A stretch of 64,000 bases of DNA from Octopus bimaculoides (Eukaryota), in NCBI RefSeq assembly GCF_001194135.2, contig NC_068992.1, positions 5,631,743 through 5,695,742 on the forward strand, read 5' to 3'. The notes beneath the pieces are model-generated. The model ran no database searches and was not told the DNA's origin. It saw only the letters and a list, made by a program, of their open reading frames with translations. Below, piece by piece: positions 26,613 through 39,932 of the stretch; within the stretch, counting starts at the first letter, position 1; each line of letters starts with the position of its first letter. A program made the translations under genes and the position numbers.

Positions 26613-29500
26613 ATTCTCAAGAATGCTAGCTTCGCTCCTAAATGAGAAATCATGATTGGTTACGTTGATGAAAGGTGGTAATGTATAATAATTATTCTTT
26701 TTTAAATGTTCCTTCATTCTTGTGTTCCTATTTCGAATCCCATCTAGATAACGATGAATTTTCCTTCATCCACCTCTGATAATATAATGTACAAGTAAAA
26801 TTATGCGACTGACAGCATCGATTTCACCCTCCCCGCAAATTAACAGCAACATTGGTGGTGACGCGAGGGGCTGTTTTTTTTTTCTTTTTTCTTATATATA
26901 CACAATACATCCGATATTTTAATGTCCACATAGGACAAATATTAATTATTATATATTATATTAACTCTTATCAAATTCCGACGAGATCCACTCTGCTTTT
27001 TGTGGCAGATAAAATAACTGCCAGTCCAGTTCTAAGGTCGATGTAATTGAGTACTTCTCTTCCACAAAATAACAGGCCTTGTGTTTATCGTAGAAAAAAT
27101 GTTTAATTCTTGCCAAATTATTTAAAGGACAAAAACAAGTGAATATAGAAAAAATAACCGAAATTATCACATTGCAAGCCCTCTCAGTAATTACAGTATT
27201 ATGAGAAGAGAAATGAAAACGGAAAATAGATTATGGTAATTATAAGAAAGAAAAGAAAATACGTTTTAACGAGATGAAAGAAAGATGAAGAGATAATTAT
27301 ATCAGAATCTGAGGTGACGTATAACACTATGACATTGACTGGCAACAAGTTTTGATTGAGATATAGCTGCTAACATCAATGTCATTTTTTCTTTAGATAG
27401 TTCTTTAGTAGTTAGACATCCATAATAAATAAAATTTCCAAAGTCTTATTAGGAAGCTGGCCGTCTTTTTCAAAAGTAATTTTTGTTATATAATTATATC
27501 ACAACACACACACACGCACACACACAAATGCGTACATATGTGTGTTTGTATGTGTGTGTGCAGAAAGACAGAGATTGACAGCCAGGCAGAGAGACATAGA
27601 GAGAGAGACAGAGAGGGAGAGAGAGAGTGAGTTAGAGAGACTATAACACCAGAAATTCCTCTGATCAAAGTACATGGACAATTAATCCTATACTTCGATC
27701 AACCACATTGCAAAGACATGGAATTATATTGTAAATAACCGAATATAACTTTTGCAAAACCGTTTTTCAAGGGGATATTCCTAAACGTCGAATTTATTTG
27801 ATTATAGCCTCAGTGACTAATTTATTTTTTCCCTGTAGCCAAATTGCAAAATAACCTTACCAAAAGTTGTTATTTCTTAACTTAATGCCCCCATGACTCC
27901 ACCACTACCACACATCACAAAAGAATGATGCCATCAGTAATTGGCTAATCTATTTAGTAATACAATTGCCTGCGTTTTGTAGATATATTCAACGAGATTT
28001 TGACATCCTCCAATCTTCAGTTTTTGGCCAGCGGAGGTTTATTTATTTTTTTATTCATAGCGTCGATTACAAATATTTATTTTTATATTCATTCGCATTT
28101 AAAATTATCAAGTTGCTCTATTCCTGTAATAATAATTATGATAATTACGCCTCCCCAGAGCATTATTATGCTAATCAGATCAACTTATTTACCAAAATGT
28201 CTACTATTTAGTGGTTAAGATAGCTATAAGTAGAAACGATAGGCTATTCTCATATCTGAGTTAGTATTTAAAAATTGATAACGTTTCTGTCGCTGGAGGT
28301 AATATAAGATAAAATTGTTATTTTTAATGGTTTTCTGTTGTGGTTTACACAGTTGTCTACGCTGTTGTCGTTACTGATGTCGCTGATGGGTGTAGTGTTG
28401 TTGTTGTTGATTTTAGCAACAATTCATAATTTTCATATTTGTACAAAATCGTTCCAGCCATATCAATATAGTCTTTTATAAAGATATATCATACGATGAC
28501 ACTATAATGAGACAGTAAAATAAGTGTTTTGTCTTCCTCTTTATTCCTTTTTGACCGTTTTCCAAGATTGACCCTTCTCATGATAAGTAGAAAGATTTCT
28601 TTGATCGAAAAGTATTGAAACTTCCACTGAACGCAGGTAATTCAAAGAATAGTATATTATTCTCACACCTAACACCACAGTGATGCTACTGTTGCTGCTC
28701 ACATATAGGTGTGCCTGTTCACATTCAGAAATGTTGAAACCACTAACTGGTAGAAAGCCACTCGCAGATACATCTCGCCTTTGCCCTACAATGACGCCGT
28801 TGCTTTTTTTCATTTCGTGTCTCAACTACACAAATGCCTGCTACTTGGAACTGATTCATTTCATATAATATCCACTCACTGAGTCCGTTTCCATTCCTAG
28901 CAAGCCAAATGAAGCGCTATTCATTTAGCCCAGTCATTTCTTTCTAGCAATTAATGTTGCAGGGATTGCCAACCAGCTAACCACTTACACGTATGCGTTC
29001 AATTCACAAGTTCTTAATCATTGATTGCAAAGAGCTGCGATATACATACACAATAACTCTTAATGCCGACAAAGGATATAACAAGAACGAATTGGAACAC
29101 TACAGAAGCATTGAACTATTCTGTTGCTGGGGGTTACAAGACTTTAAATTCTTGCATTACGGTCCCCTTGATATCAATGGTATTAGTTGTTCTGTTAATG
29201 TCGATTAGTACACGGGAACTATCATCGATATAAAAAATGATGGTATCTTCAGACGTGTTGATAATTACAACGGTGTTGGTAAAGGTGTCGACAGAATGCC
29301 GACTTTCTTGGCTGGTATTCATAAATACATTGCAATTGTTATTGTTGTTGATAATGATTTGGAGTTCAAAGTGCTAATCAGTGAAATAGCTGGTCTTTTA
29401 AACACATATAGTATAAATTCTCATATGTGACGGCACATACAGAGCCATACACGTTTATGAGTCTATATGTGTGTGCATCTGTGTGTGTGTGTTTGAGTGT

Positions 29501-29561
<61 letters not shown>

Positions 29562-29636
29562 AACATATGTATTGCATGTATGCATATATATATATGTATA
29601 TGTATATATATATACATATATATATATATATACATG

Positions 29637-29673
<37 letters not shown>

Positions 29674-29685
29674 ATGTATGTATAC

Positions 29686-29720
<35 letters not shown>

Positions 29721-30638
29721 TGTATATATGTATGTATGCATGCATGTGTGTGTATATATGGCTGCATGTGTGCGTATGTATGCATGTCAGTGAGAAACAT
29801 TGTATATGTTCGTATATATGTGCATGTGTGAACCCACATATATAATAAAGCTTTTTGTTATTGAACGATTTACGCGTAACTTCGTTTGTCTTAGCAGGTG
29901 ATATGTGTGTATTTTAAACTTAACACTTTTGAATTTGACCAAAATTAAGTTATAGCATCATAAATTGCATAGTTCTTAAACTATAAAGTATTACCAATGA
30001 AAAGTTTCGGGGATTTTAAGCACATCTCATTATAAAAGTTTTGAGCTGTTTCTATTCTTTAGTGATCTCCTGAGAATTATTACATCAGTGTCGTCGCTGG
30101 CAACTATGATAGAGCTGCAAATGTAGAAGTGTACATAAAGTTACAATTTAAGATGTCATTGTCATTCAAATTCATTCTAGCTTTTGGAGAAGTATATTCA
30201 ATACCATGTCAACTATAGCCAATCACTTTGTTTTACAACCATGGGGACTGAAGCGGTTTATAAATTTTATTCCATATTTTATTCCCTTAAGATTGAAGAA
30301 TTTTATTCGAGAGTATTTCGATGCTGTGTTCATTATGTCGCTAAGTTTTTCAGTCTCCCATATTTTCACGTGGTAAAATGTATTTTGCTGCTGCTGATGG
30401 TGCCGTTACTCTTGCTGTTACCCTGTCCTTCATAGGAATGTTTAATTTTTTCTTTTGCTAGCGACGGTCTACGAAGTACAGTTTACGAAGGGAAGTTTTG
30501 TAAACATTTGTTTTAATATACATTCAGACATGATACTCTTGTTCAAAGCAATAACTATCATCGTGTTAGCATAGCGGGTATTTTCGGTTGAAGCAATATT
30601 TTTTCGCAGCGGTTAGTGGTGTTTTTTTTCTTCTGTAG

Positions 30639-30701
30639 GTGCATAAGTGCCAGAATAATGATATCCGTATTACTTATAACACTTTAACTACTGCAGATTC
30701 C
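30639..30701 (+). CDS. Candidate symmetric exon (63 nt, phase 0/0): VHKCQNNDIRITYNTLTTADS
   Basis: Strong acceptor gttttttttcttctgtAG, donor TCC|GTAAGA, and only one of three frames open. Confidence 0.45.
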
Positions 30702-33314
30702 GTAAGAAGTAAACCATAATTAGATCATCACTTCTATTCCAATCTCCCGTTTTGTATCTCTGTATATTGATGTTTTTTCCCTCCCTCGTCAAAAATGTGC
30801 GTGTGTGTAATTAATTGATTAATTGTGATATACTTATGTAGAAATTGAAATAAAAAAAGATCAAATGATAATTGAAAGCAATATAACAACTTAATAATCC
30901 CTGTTAGGAGAAATGATCAAGTGGCAAGTGATAAGCAATGCAAAACAGAAAGAAAACATTACGCAGATAAAAGATGTGACAATTATATCGATGAGAGAGA
31001 TAAATAACTTTTGATGAAGAATCAAGAAAGATGAAGAGATATTTATACACTAATAATATTATTGACGGACGAAACCTTTTTTATTGATCATAACATACAA
31101 GAGTATTGATAGGTTTCTGCTTAAAATTATTTCATAGTTAATGTCTCCAAACTGCACATGAAAGTGTCAAAGTACTACTTTACTCGGTGAAGGATACAAA
31201 CTTTTATATATTTAAATCAACATAGCATGCTAATAGGAAAACAAACAAATGTCAGACGATTATAGTTCTACATGGATATTCTCAAAAGTTCTTGTTTGCT
31301 TTTAATTTCACATTTTCGATTTTCTGCTTCTAGAATGAAATTTTCACCAAGTATTGCTTGCTTTCGTAGTGTAATGATATTCTGAGTCATTGCATCACAA
31401 ATTTGTATCCGTGTACTTATCTGGTTTAGTGTCACCACATCACATTCAGGAATATTGCTTCAAACATGTTGTTATAATTACAACAATTATTTTCTCAGAC
31501 GTGTTTCACAATTTAAATCTCCTTTGTCACCAATTTCTTTAAGTGTTTGTTTGAAGAATTTCTTTTCTCTTTGTAATACTATAAGAATTGGTTTGTGTGC
31601 ATTTCTTTTATCTCCTCTTTGAAATTGTTGCCAACAACTGTTTCAAATGATTCAAATATTTTGCTAATGATGTAAAAATGCGTATACTTTCTCTTCGTAG
31701 CGTTTTTGTCTTTTATATCATCACAATGTCGTACATTTGAATTGAAATTAAAGAAAGAAATATAACAGTGATTACGCTATTCATGTTATGGCACAATATG
31801 TATGTAACCAAAAACAAATTGGTTCTATGGTTAAACAGACTTTCCACAAGCTATTATCAACTATTTATTCATTTCTTGACGTTGGTGTCAAAATTGTAAT
31901 GAAAATAGTGGTAGCCTGCTTTAATTTTTGACATTCATGGAATCTTAGATATAAGACAATACAAGTAAACGTGTTCAATTCTGCCACGCCAAGGTATCTT
32001 ATATGCCGACCAACGCTTGCGAGGTAATCAGGAAAATACTCACAGAGGTCATCGTAATATATATGACATTTGACTATTTTGCACGCAAATGATATCTTTG
32101 AGAAATTGTCTTCGTTCATTATGAGCATTTGTCAACTTTAAAGTTATCAATTACTACGTATCCTTTTGTGATAACTGTGTCACTAATCTATCAATAGACA
32201 AGGGTTTATGCTTCGCCCAGTAAGACAAGGTAGCAAAAAACTATTCAGTTGTCTCCCAGGTCGACAGTCGAAGGAACTAATTTTTGTATGAAAGAACCAC
32301 GTTTTCGCATCTTGTTTCAGATATATTGCATACACAAGTATATTTGCAAAGGTAACCATGTTTCTTGTTACTCTGTAAACAATGTTAACCGTTGTAGAAA
32401 ACATCTCTAATAAAAGTATGTCAAACATATCATCCTAATTTATTTTCTATCAGAATACACTCTTGGCTGGTTCCACGTTACGTGTATTAGCTGAAGTCCT
32501 TGTATAATTGCAAAAAAATATATTCAAAGATATTCTATCTTTGACAACATACTTTCAAACAGATGTAAAGTGCTCTTTTATCTATGCCCATGGTGGATCT
32601 AGTTGCTTCAAACCAAACTATCCGCGCCAGAGAGCAGTTTTCGATGAAAGGAAAATAAAAATTGGACATGCAAAACTGATTTCGTACATGGCATTACAAC
32701 AAAGCATACATTAATCTGGATATTTTGCTTCTTTTTAAACCCCCAAAACCTGAAAGATAGTAAACCTATAAGCAAATGCCTTACGTTCCTAAATATAATC
32801 ATTCCATATTTAGACGTGGGAAATTCAGATATTAGTTTCAAGTGGGTTCACTTTGTTTTTAAGTATATGTTACTTGATTTACAATATATCATCCTAATAT
32901 ACTAGCGAAAAACAGAGTCAATGAGAAAGCTGAAATACTCACTGATAAAATGGAGGAAATTTCAAGTCACACAAGGTTGAAAAACAATCCCAAATTATGT
33001 AACGGGGATAACACATTAAAAGAAAATAAATAGCTATAACCATAAAAATAATGATACCAAAAATAATCATTTTAAGAATTGTAGTACTGATCATGATAAT
33101 TATATGGCAATTTAAATAACGCCTTGGATATATATCAATTTTATATCGAACATTCATAACATTTCTCTATTTAGGTCTTAAAGAATATAAGCGTTATATA
33201 ACCACAATTTTTCCCAAGATATCGTTGTGTTTAAATTACCAATACTCCAAACGCGAAGATGCCACTTTTATCACAAGATTTAACACTTTTTCAAACTGAT
33301 AGTAGTGAAATTGC

Positions 33315-33356
<42 letters not shown>

Positions 33357-33516
33357 ATACATATATATGTTTGTTTATATATGTATACATATGAACATGT
33401 ATATATCGATATATATATACATATATTTATGTATAAATATATATATAAATATATATATATAAATACACGTATATATTAATATATGTATGCATGTATATAC
33501 ACACATATATATATAC

Positions 33517-33559
<43 letters not shown>

Positions 33560-33669
33560 TATAATAAATCTTGTGTGTTTAACATACGTGTATATATACG
33601 CATATCTATAAACACATATATTATCCATACATATTGTTATCATTTTTTCTAAACGTATTTCTCATCTAA

Positions 33670-34034
33670 ATCAAATTCATCTACCCGTCAATCAAATTCA
33701 TCTATCCGTCAATCAAATTCATCTACCCGTCAATCAAATTCATCTACCCGTCAATTAAATTCATCTACCCGTCAATCAAATTCATCTACCCGTCAATCAA
33801 ATTCATCTACCCGTCAATCAAGNNNNNNNNNNNNNNNNNNNNNNNNNNNNNNNNNNNNNNNNNNNNNNNNNNNNNNNNNNNNNNNNNNNNNNNNNNNNNN
33901 NTCCGTCAATCAAATTCATCTACCCGTCAATCAAATTCATCTACCCGTCAATTAAATTCATCTACCCGTCAATCAAATTCATCTACCCGTCAATCAAATT
34001 CATCTACCCGTCAATCAAGTTCATCTACCCGTCA
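33670..34034. repeat. 21-bp minisatellite (ATCAAATTCATCTACCCGTCA) interrupted by an N-gap (33823-33901)
   Basis: Seven full units plus a partial before the gap, and a partial plus six full units after it (counted). Confidence 0.97.
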
Positions 34035-34934
34035 ATTTGACTCTTATTTGTGAGCTTGCTGCGGTATTTGTACAATATTGTTAACGTAAATATGCAACAG
34101 TTGTAGAACGTGAGTGTGTCTAGTTTTCTCGTTCCATCTAATATTAGACTACATACAATCAAATTTGTATATTTATCCACTTTATTACACAGCATGTTGT
34201 AATATCACTCGGAATATATGATAGATGATTACTTCATGAAAATTATATTTTTCACTTATATATATACTTGTATCCATATACAATTATTTGTACATATATA
34301 TGTATGTATACATACATTTATATATATATATATATATATATAGATAGATATGCAGGGCAGGGAATTTTTTTTACTCTTCTCTACTGTTTTTTGTTCTGTG
34401 TGTATCAAAAATATCGCTATCAATCTAGAGTAATAATTTGTAGTTTTGAAATCAGTAGTTCTTTGACTGCTATTTCTGAATTCTCAGTATGTTGGAGAAG
34501 CAGGTTACTGTCAATCCCTATATATTTATATATATATATATATANNNNNNNNNNNNNNNNNNNNNNNNNNNNNNNNNNNNNNNNNNNNNNNNNNNNNNNN
34601 NNNNNNNNNNNNNNNNNNNNNNNNNNNNNNNNNNNNNNNNNNNNNNNNNNNNNNNNNNNNNNNNNNNNNNNNNNNNNNNNNNNNNNNNNNNNNNNNNNNN
34701 NNNNNNNNNNNNNNNNNNNNNNNNNNNNNNNNNNNNNNNNNNNNNNNNNNNNNNNNNNNNNNNNNNNNNNNNNNNNNNNNGTATGCAGATGTGCATACAT
34801 TTATTTATTAAACATAAACACATACATTCATATTTTATATACATCGGTATATATACTCATACCGATATTTAAAACACACACACACACACGCATATATATA
34901 TATATATACATATAGGTCTCTCTCTCTCTCTCTC

Positions 34935-34982
<48 letters not shown>

Positions 34983-35542
34983 CACACATATGCACATGCA
35001 AGCATACATACATCTGTTTACGAATATACAAAATATATGCAGGAATATGTGTGTATGTGTACACACAAGACAATTAGTATGAATGTATGTATGTGTATGT
35101 TTTTGCATGTGTGTGTGTGTGTGTATGTGTGTGTGTGTGTGTGTGTGCGTGCGTGCGATCGTACGAACGTGTGTTTTGAGGATTACTGTTAGTAAATCAA
35201 TACTACGCTATGTCCATATATACTTACTTTGTCTGAAACGGCGGCTCGCCAAATTTCTCGTGTACAGTCAATTTAATCAAATATGAGTGCATTACTGGTA
35301 CTTGAATTACTGCTAGTATTGATTCTGGAAGATAAAAAGTATACTTGATTCCAATGGGATATAAATACAGTGAAGTGAAGTAACATTAAATCTCCTCTTG
35401 CAGTGTGTTACTGTTTCAGTATTCTTCGACATGGATATAAACACATCACGCATTTTGGCAACATGACGCAATATTTTTAAGTCTATAACTGGATTAGATT
35501 TTGCTGAGCTCTAGGAGAGTTTCTCCATACATTTACACACAC

Positions 35543-35573
<31 letters not shown>

Positions 35574-38049
35574 TACAGACACACACACACACACACACCC
35601 ACACATTCGATTGCGTGTATGAGATGTATGTGTATACGTGTGAGTGTGTGTGTGTGCCTGAGAGAGCTTGTGTGTATGTCCATGATTATACACGACGAAT
35701 GTTTTTTTCTGCTGATATGCTTGCTTGATTGTTCTACTTTTTTGCTTTTATCGAGTCTTTGTTCTATATTTCTATATGTGTTCTTTACAGCTTGGTTGCA
35801 ATAGCAACATTTTTATATGCAGTATCCCCTATTAATGTCCCTTGGAATTTAACCTCATGAACTTTCATAGCGCTTTACCGATTGTTTATTCTATTCGTAC
35901 GGTCATGTGTATTCCAGATGCATTATACTCAACAAAGCAAAACAACTCTAGGTAGAAAATATTAGTGGACTTCAAACACGTGATCTTCTCTAGCAGATGA
36001 AACCAATAATCACATCATAAGAAATCGTAAAATATAAACGGGTCGTAAAGAAATATGTAACATAAAACAAGCGCTTGAATGATGACGAATAAAAGCGAAT
36101 TAAAAATCTGCTATTCAATCGATAACAACTGGTTTCTCTATTGCCCACACGGGGTCAACAGAGAGGACAACATAACCTGATTTGCGGTGGCATTCTATTT
36201 ATAAACAACGAGAGAAATATCCAAGGTGAGAATCGATGGGTTGCACTAAGTGAATGACATTGTATGTTATTATATAATCCGTGAAATCTTGTCCATTTAA
36301 CATAGTCCACAGGCAGAATCGTATAATTTTAGGTGTGAATGAATATTAAAAGACAGATACGAGCAAGAATGCAGTCTTTTGCACAGTTTCCTTTACACTT
36401 GCACCCTCAAACTTAGGGTGGTCACCACGCGGTGTTAATAGAAGCCTCCTTTACAAGTGAAATTCTATATGTCACTCAGAAAATCCTATATAACATACAC
36501 AATGAACAAGTGTAAGCAAGTGTAGAAGGTGAAAATATCCATCGACATCAAACACTTCATATCGTAAACCCAAAATTGTATAAGAGAGTAACGTACATCA
36601 TCTCACTCCAGGTGTCCCAACGTGCCTATGTCAGTGATTGAGTAGTTTTGTACCTATAGAGTTTACCATATTATCTATATATCTTATATACATTATATAT
36701 GTAAACATCCGTTTCTATTACTATGTTCTCATTCTCTATATTACAATGATTATGTGTGTATCTAGATTCGTAGGTGACTGCACGCACACACGCACACACG
36801 CACACACGCACACACGCACACACGCACACACGCACGCACATACGTACAAGCATATAGATGCAAACAAATACACACACACATACACAAACACACACACACA
36901 CATACACACACACACTCACACACACACACACACACATATANNNNNNNNNNNNNNNNNNNNNNNNNNNNNNNNNNNNNNNNNNNNNNNNNNNNNNNNNNNN
37001 NNNNNNNNNNNNNNNNNNNNNNNNNNNNNNNNNNNNNNNNNNNNNNNNNNNNNNNNNNNNNNNNNNNNNNNNNNNNNNNNNNNNNNNNNNNNNNNNNNNN
37101 NNNNNNNNNNNNNNNNNNNNNNNNNNNNNNNNNNNNNNNNNNNNNNNNNNNNNNNNNTATATATACTCTTACAAAAACACACACGTCATATGTAAGCTTG
37201 TTTATAGTAGCATCTATGCACAAAATTATATATATTCACGTATGACTAAAAACAGGTGCAGCCTTGTCATAAGCCTACGTGGCTGATAGTGCACATATGT
37301 AGCGTTTTTACCTTAGCCATGTGGTATAGCTGGGTGGATATAAATTTCGTCTCGAAGCCACATCATTTCGCGTGAAAACTACAGCGCACATATTCCACCT
37401 TCGCAATTCGCAATAAATAATTTATTTGAAATTAAGTCACTTTAATAACCTATATTCCTCTTCAATACGAACTATTAATGGGTGTATTTGAGCAACATAA
37501 CATTTTGTACGGCGCAGCTTGAATCGAATTAAAGTACATTTTAATAACACGAAACACCTTCTTCTGAACTACTTATGTTCGAAACAATGGGAGAAAGATC
37601 TTGAACAACGGTTCTAATACGTGTGCTGCAGTTGCATTTATATATGCTTTCATTATTTAATTCAGAGCCAAGCGACATCATACGTTATGTATCGCTCTTT
37701 CTATGCGTACGAATGTGTTTGCGTAAATATGCAAACTTTGCTTAAATTCACGCATGTGCATGTAGTAAGAGACGTATAGTGATACTACAGTCGTATGCCA
37801 TCTGTTCCCTTGTAAATAGTCAAACGACACAAGATGTTATAGACATTCGTCTGCCTATCTGGTGCATAGCCAACATCACATTATTACAATCACTAATCCT
37901 CTAAACCAAATCACATTCACATCAATCTACTTGATAAATCAAGCAAGTAAACATGCTCATAATTAACAGCATCTGACGCTGTTGCAGACTTTGTGTCTCT
38001 TTTTTTAGTTGCACATATACTTACATGCATACGTAAAAACATTCATTTT

Positions 38050-38096
<47 letters not shown>

Positions 38097-38618
38097 GTGT
38101 GTGTGTGTGTGTGTACCATGCATGTATTTATATACGTGTATATATATATTTGTTAGACTTTTACCATTTTGTATCCGTCTACTAATGCTTGCATGATTAT
38201 GTGTGTGTAGATTATTCGTCAGATTCTCATGCACTAACTGAATGTTGTTAAGTTTTCGCTATCACTGATTTCACTGGATACAAGATGGCATCCATAATTG
38301 CGGTGTTTTGCTCGTTCTGATCTTCAGATTAAGAAATCCTTCTCAATCTAAAGTAAATCTATAAATTTCATCTCAGTAGAATATTGTCTTCTTCGCCAAT
38401 ATTGAAATATTAAACGAGCAACATAACACCCTGTATGACGCGCATTGCCCTTCATTAACCTTCTCAACGATTTTACCGACCGTATTTTATCATTAATCTG
38501 CAACACTAGCTACTCGAATGATGCAGAGTAAAATTTACAATCTCTGATTTTTTTTTTTTGGATTTTTTTTTTAAAGAATTCTCATGTTAAAGTCGTTCTG
38601 ATATTGAAGCGTAATTAT

Positions 38619-38705
38619 AGGTGTGTGGTTAGTGATTTCATGTGGCGCAACCATGGTTCTGTGTTGAGTTCAACCGCATGGAAATTTGGCTAGTCTGCAA
38701 AAGCT
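38619..38705 (+). mobile_element. Degenerate tRNA-like SINE head
   Basis: ggtgtgtggttag...caaccatggttctgtgttgagttcaacc has A-box/B-box-like remnants. A similar weaker remnant lies at ~37316-37390. Confidence 0.4.
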
Positions 38706-39057
38706 ATGTAGATAGATAAACTTAGAAAGAGAAATAGTAAATAAGTCTAAGAGAATTTAGAGGAATAATTTCCGATGCAACAACTGAACTGCTATCTTTA
38801 CTTATAATTTTCTTAAATCGTAATTTATTTTCCTATGACAGTTAGTATTAGAGGTTCCCGAGTGCGATCTACTGGCGATAAATAAAAGAAAGCTTTTTTC
38901 CCTGATGATATCCCACTTCAAATCTAAAATCAAATAGATCTTTTGTATAATCATATAAAATATTTCTATGTGATTATACTGAAAATGCATTCCAAGTTAG
39001 TTTGAAATAACATTTCAATGACTTACAACAAAAATGCGAGTGTTAGCAGCCATCAAA

Positions 39058-39932
39058 TACGACGGGGTACTCAAAAGAAACCGGAATCTTGCAATATTTT
39101 ATTCATTTCGTTCTTTGCCTTCAAAGTATTCTCCATTTGAAGCAATGCATCAGTCCAGACGCGTTTTCCACTGTTCGAACCAGTCCTGGAACTCTTGGAA
39201 GGGATTCCCTTTAAAGTCTCCGTCTTTTTTTCTTCACCTCTCCCACATGAACAACACGTTTCCTTTTAAGGAATTCTGTTCATTTCAAGGAACAAAAATT
39301 GTCACAGGTAGCAAAATCGTGTGAAAATGGAGGGGAGGAAAGCAAAAGTGTTTCAAACTCAAGGCAATGTGCGCAGGTGCATTGAAGTGATGAAACAAGC
39401 CCTCACAACTTTGCCACGGGTTGGGTCGCATTCGTCTTGCCGAGTCTCGCAAATGCTTCAGAACTGCCAAATAAGGTCTGGTTAACAGTTTGATCAGGAG
39501 GAACAGATTCTGTTTGAGCAATTCCCTCCGCATGGATGAAATAAATCAGCATCGTCTTCCTATTGGACTTCACTTGACGCGCAATGTTCTTTACTTTGGT
39601 GGGGCGTGATGACATTCGGAGCTTCTATTGACTTGATTGCTGCTTGATTTTCGACAGGTAGTGCAACAACAGCTTTCCTTACCTCTCATGGCCTGTGAAT
39701 AAAGCTGTCGAACAATTTTAAAGTGTTGTTTCAGTTCCCGATATGCATTCAATCGTCACTGCTTTTGGTCTTCTTTGATTTAGCGGGGACCAAATTGTGC
39801 CGCAACTCATTTCATTCGTAATTCTTCGCTCAAAATTCGTTGACAGGAGCTATAGGACAGACCAGTCATGTCAACAAGTTCAACAATCGTTTGGCGGCGG
39901 TACTCAAAGATCAGTTCATGAATTTTCGGAAT
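39058..39932 (-). mobile_element. Dead mariner (Tc1/mariner) element: central and C-terminal transposase plus 3' end, 5'-truncated at a (GT)n tract
   Basis: Minus-strand pieces KIHELIFEYRRQTIVELVDMTGLSYSSCQRILSEELRMK, ARQVKSNRKTMLIYFIHAEG, YLAVLKHLRDSARRMRPNPWQ..LFHHFNAPAH, and FQEFQDWFEQWKTRLD*CIASNGEYFEG. Terminal TACGACGGGGTACTCAAAA. Stops, frameshifts and an HDNA to HFNA change. Confidence 0.92.

Noticed and set aside
34268-34915. Longest ORF (215 aa) and other X-rich ORFs at 36.6-37.3, 57.5-58.0 and 60.1-60.4 kb
   Set aside because: They are open only because they run through N-gaps.
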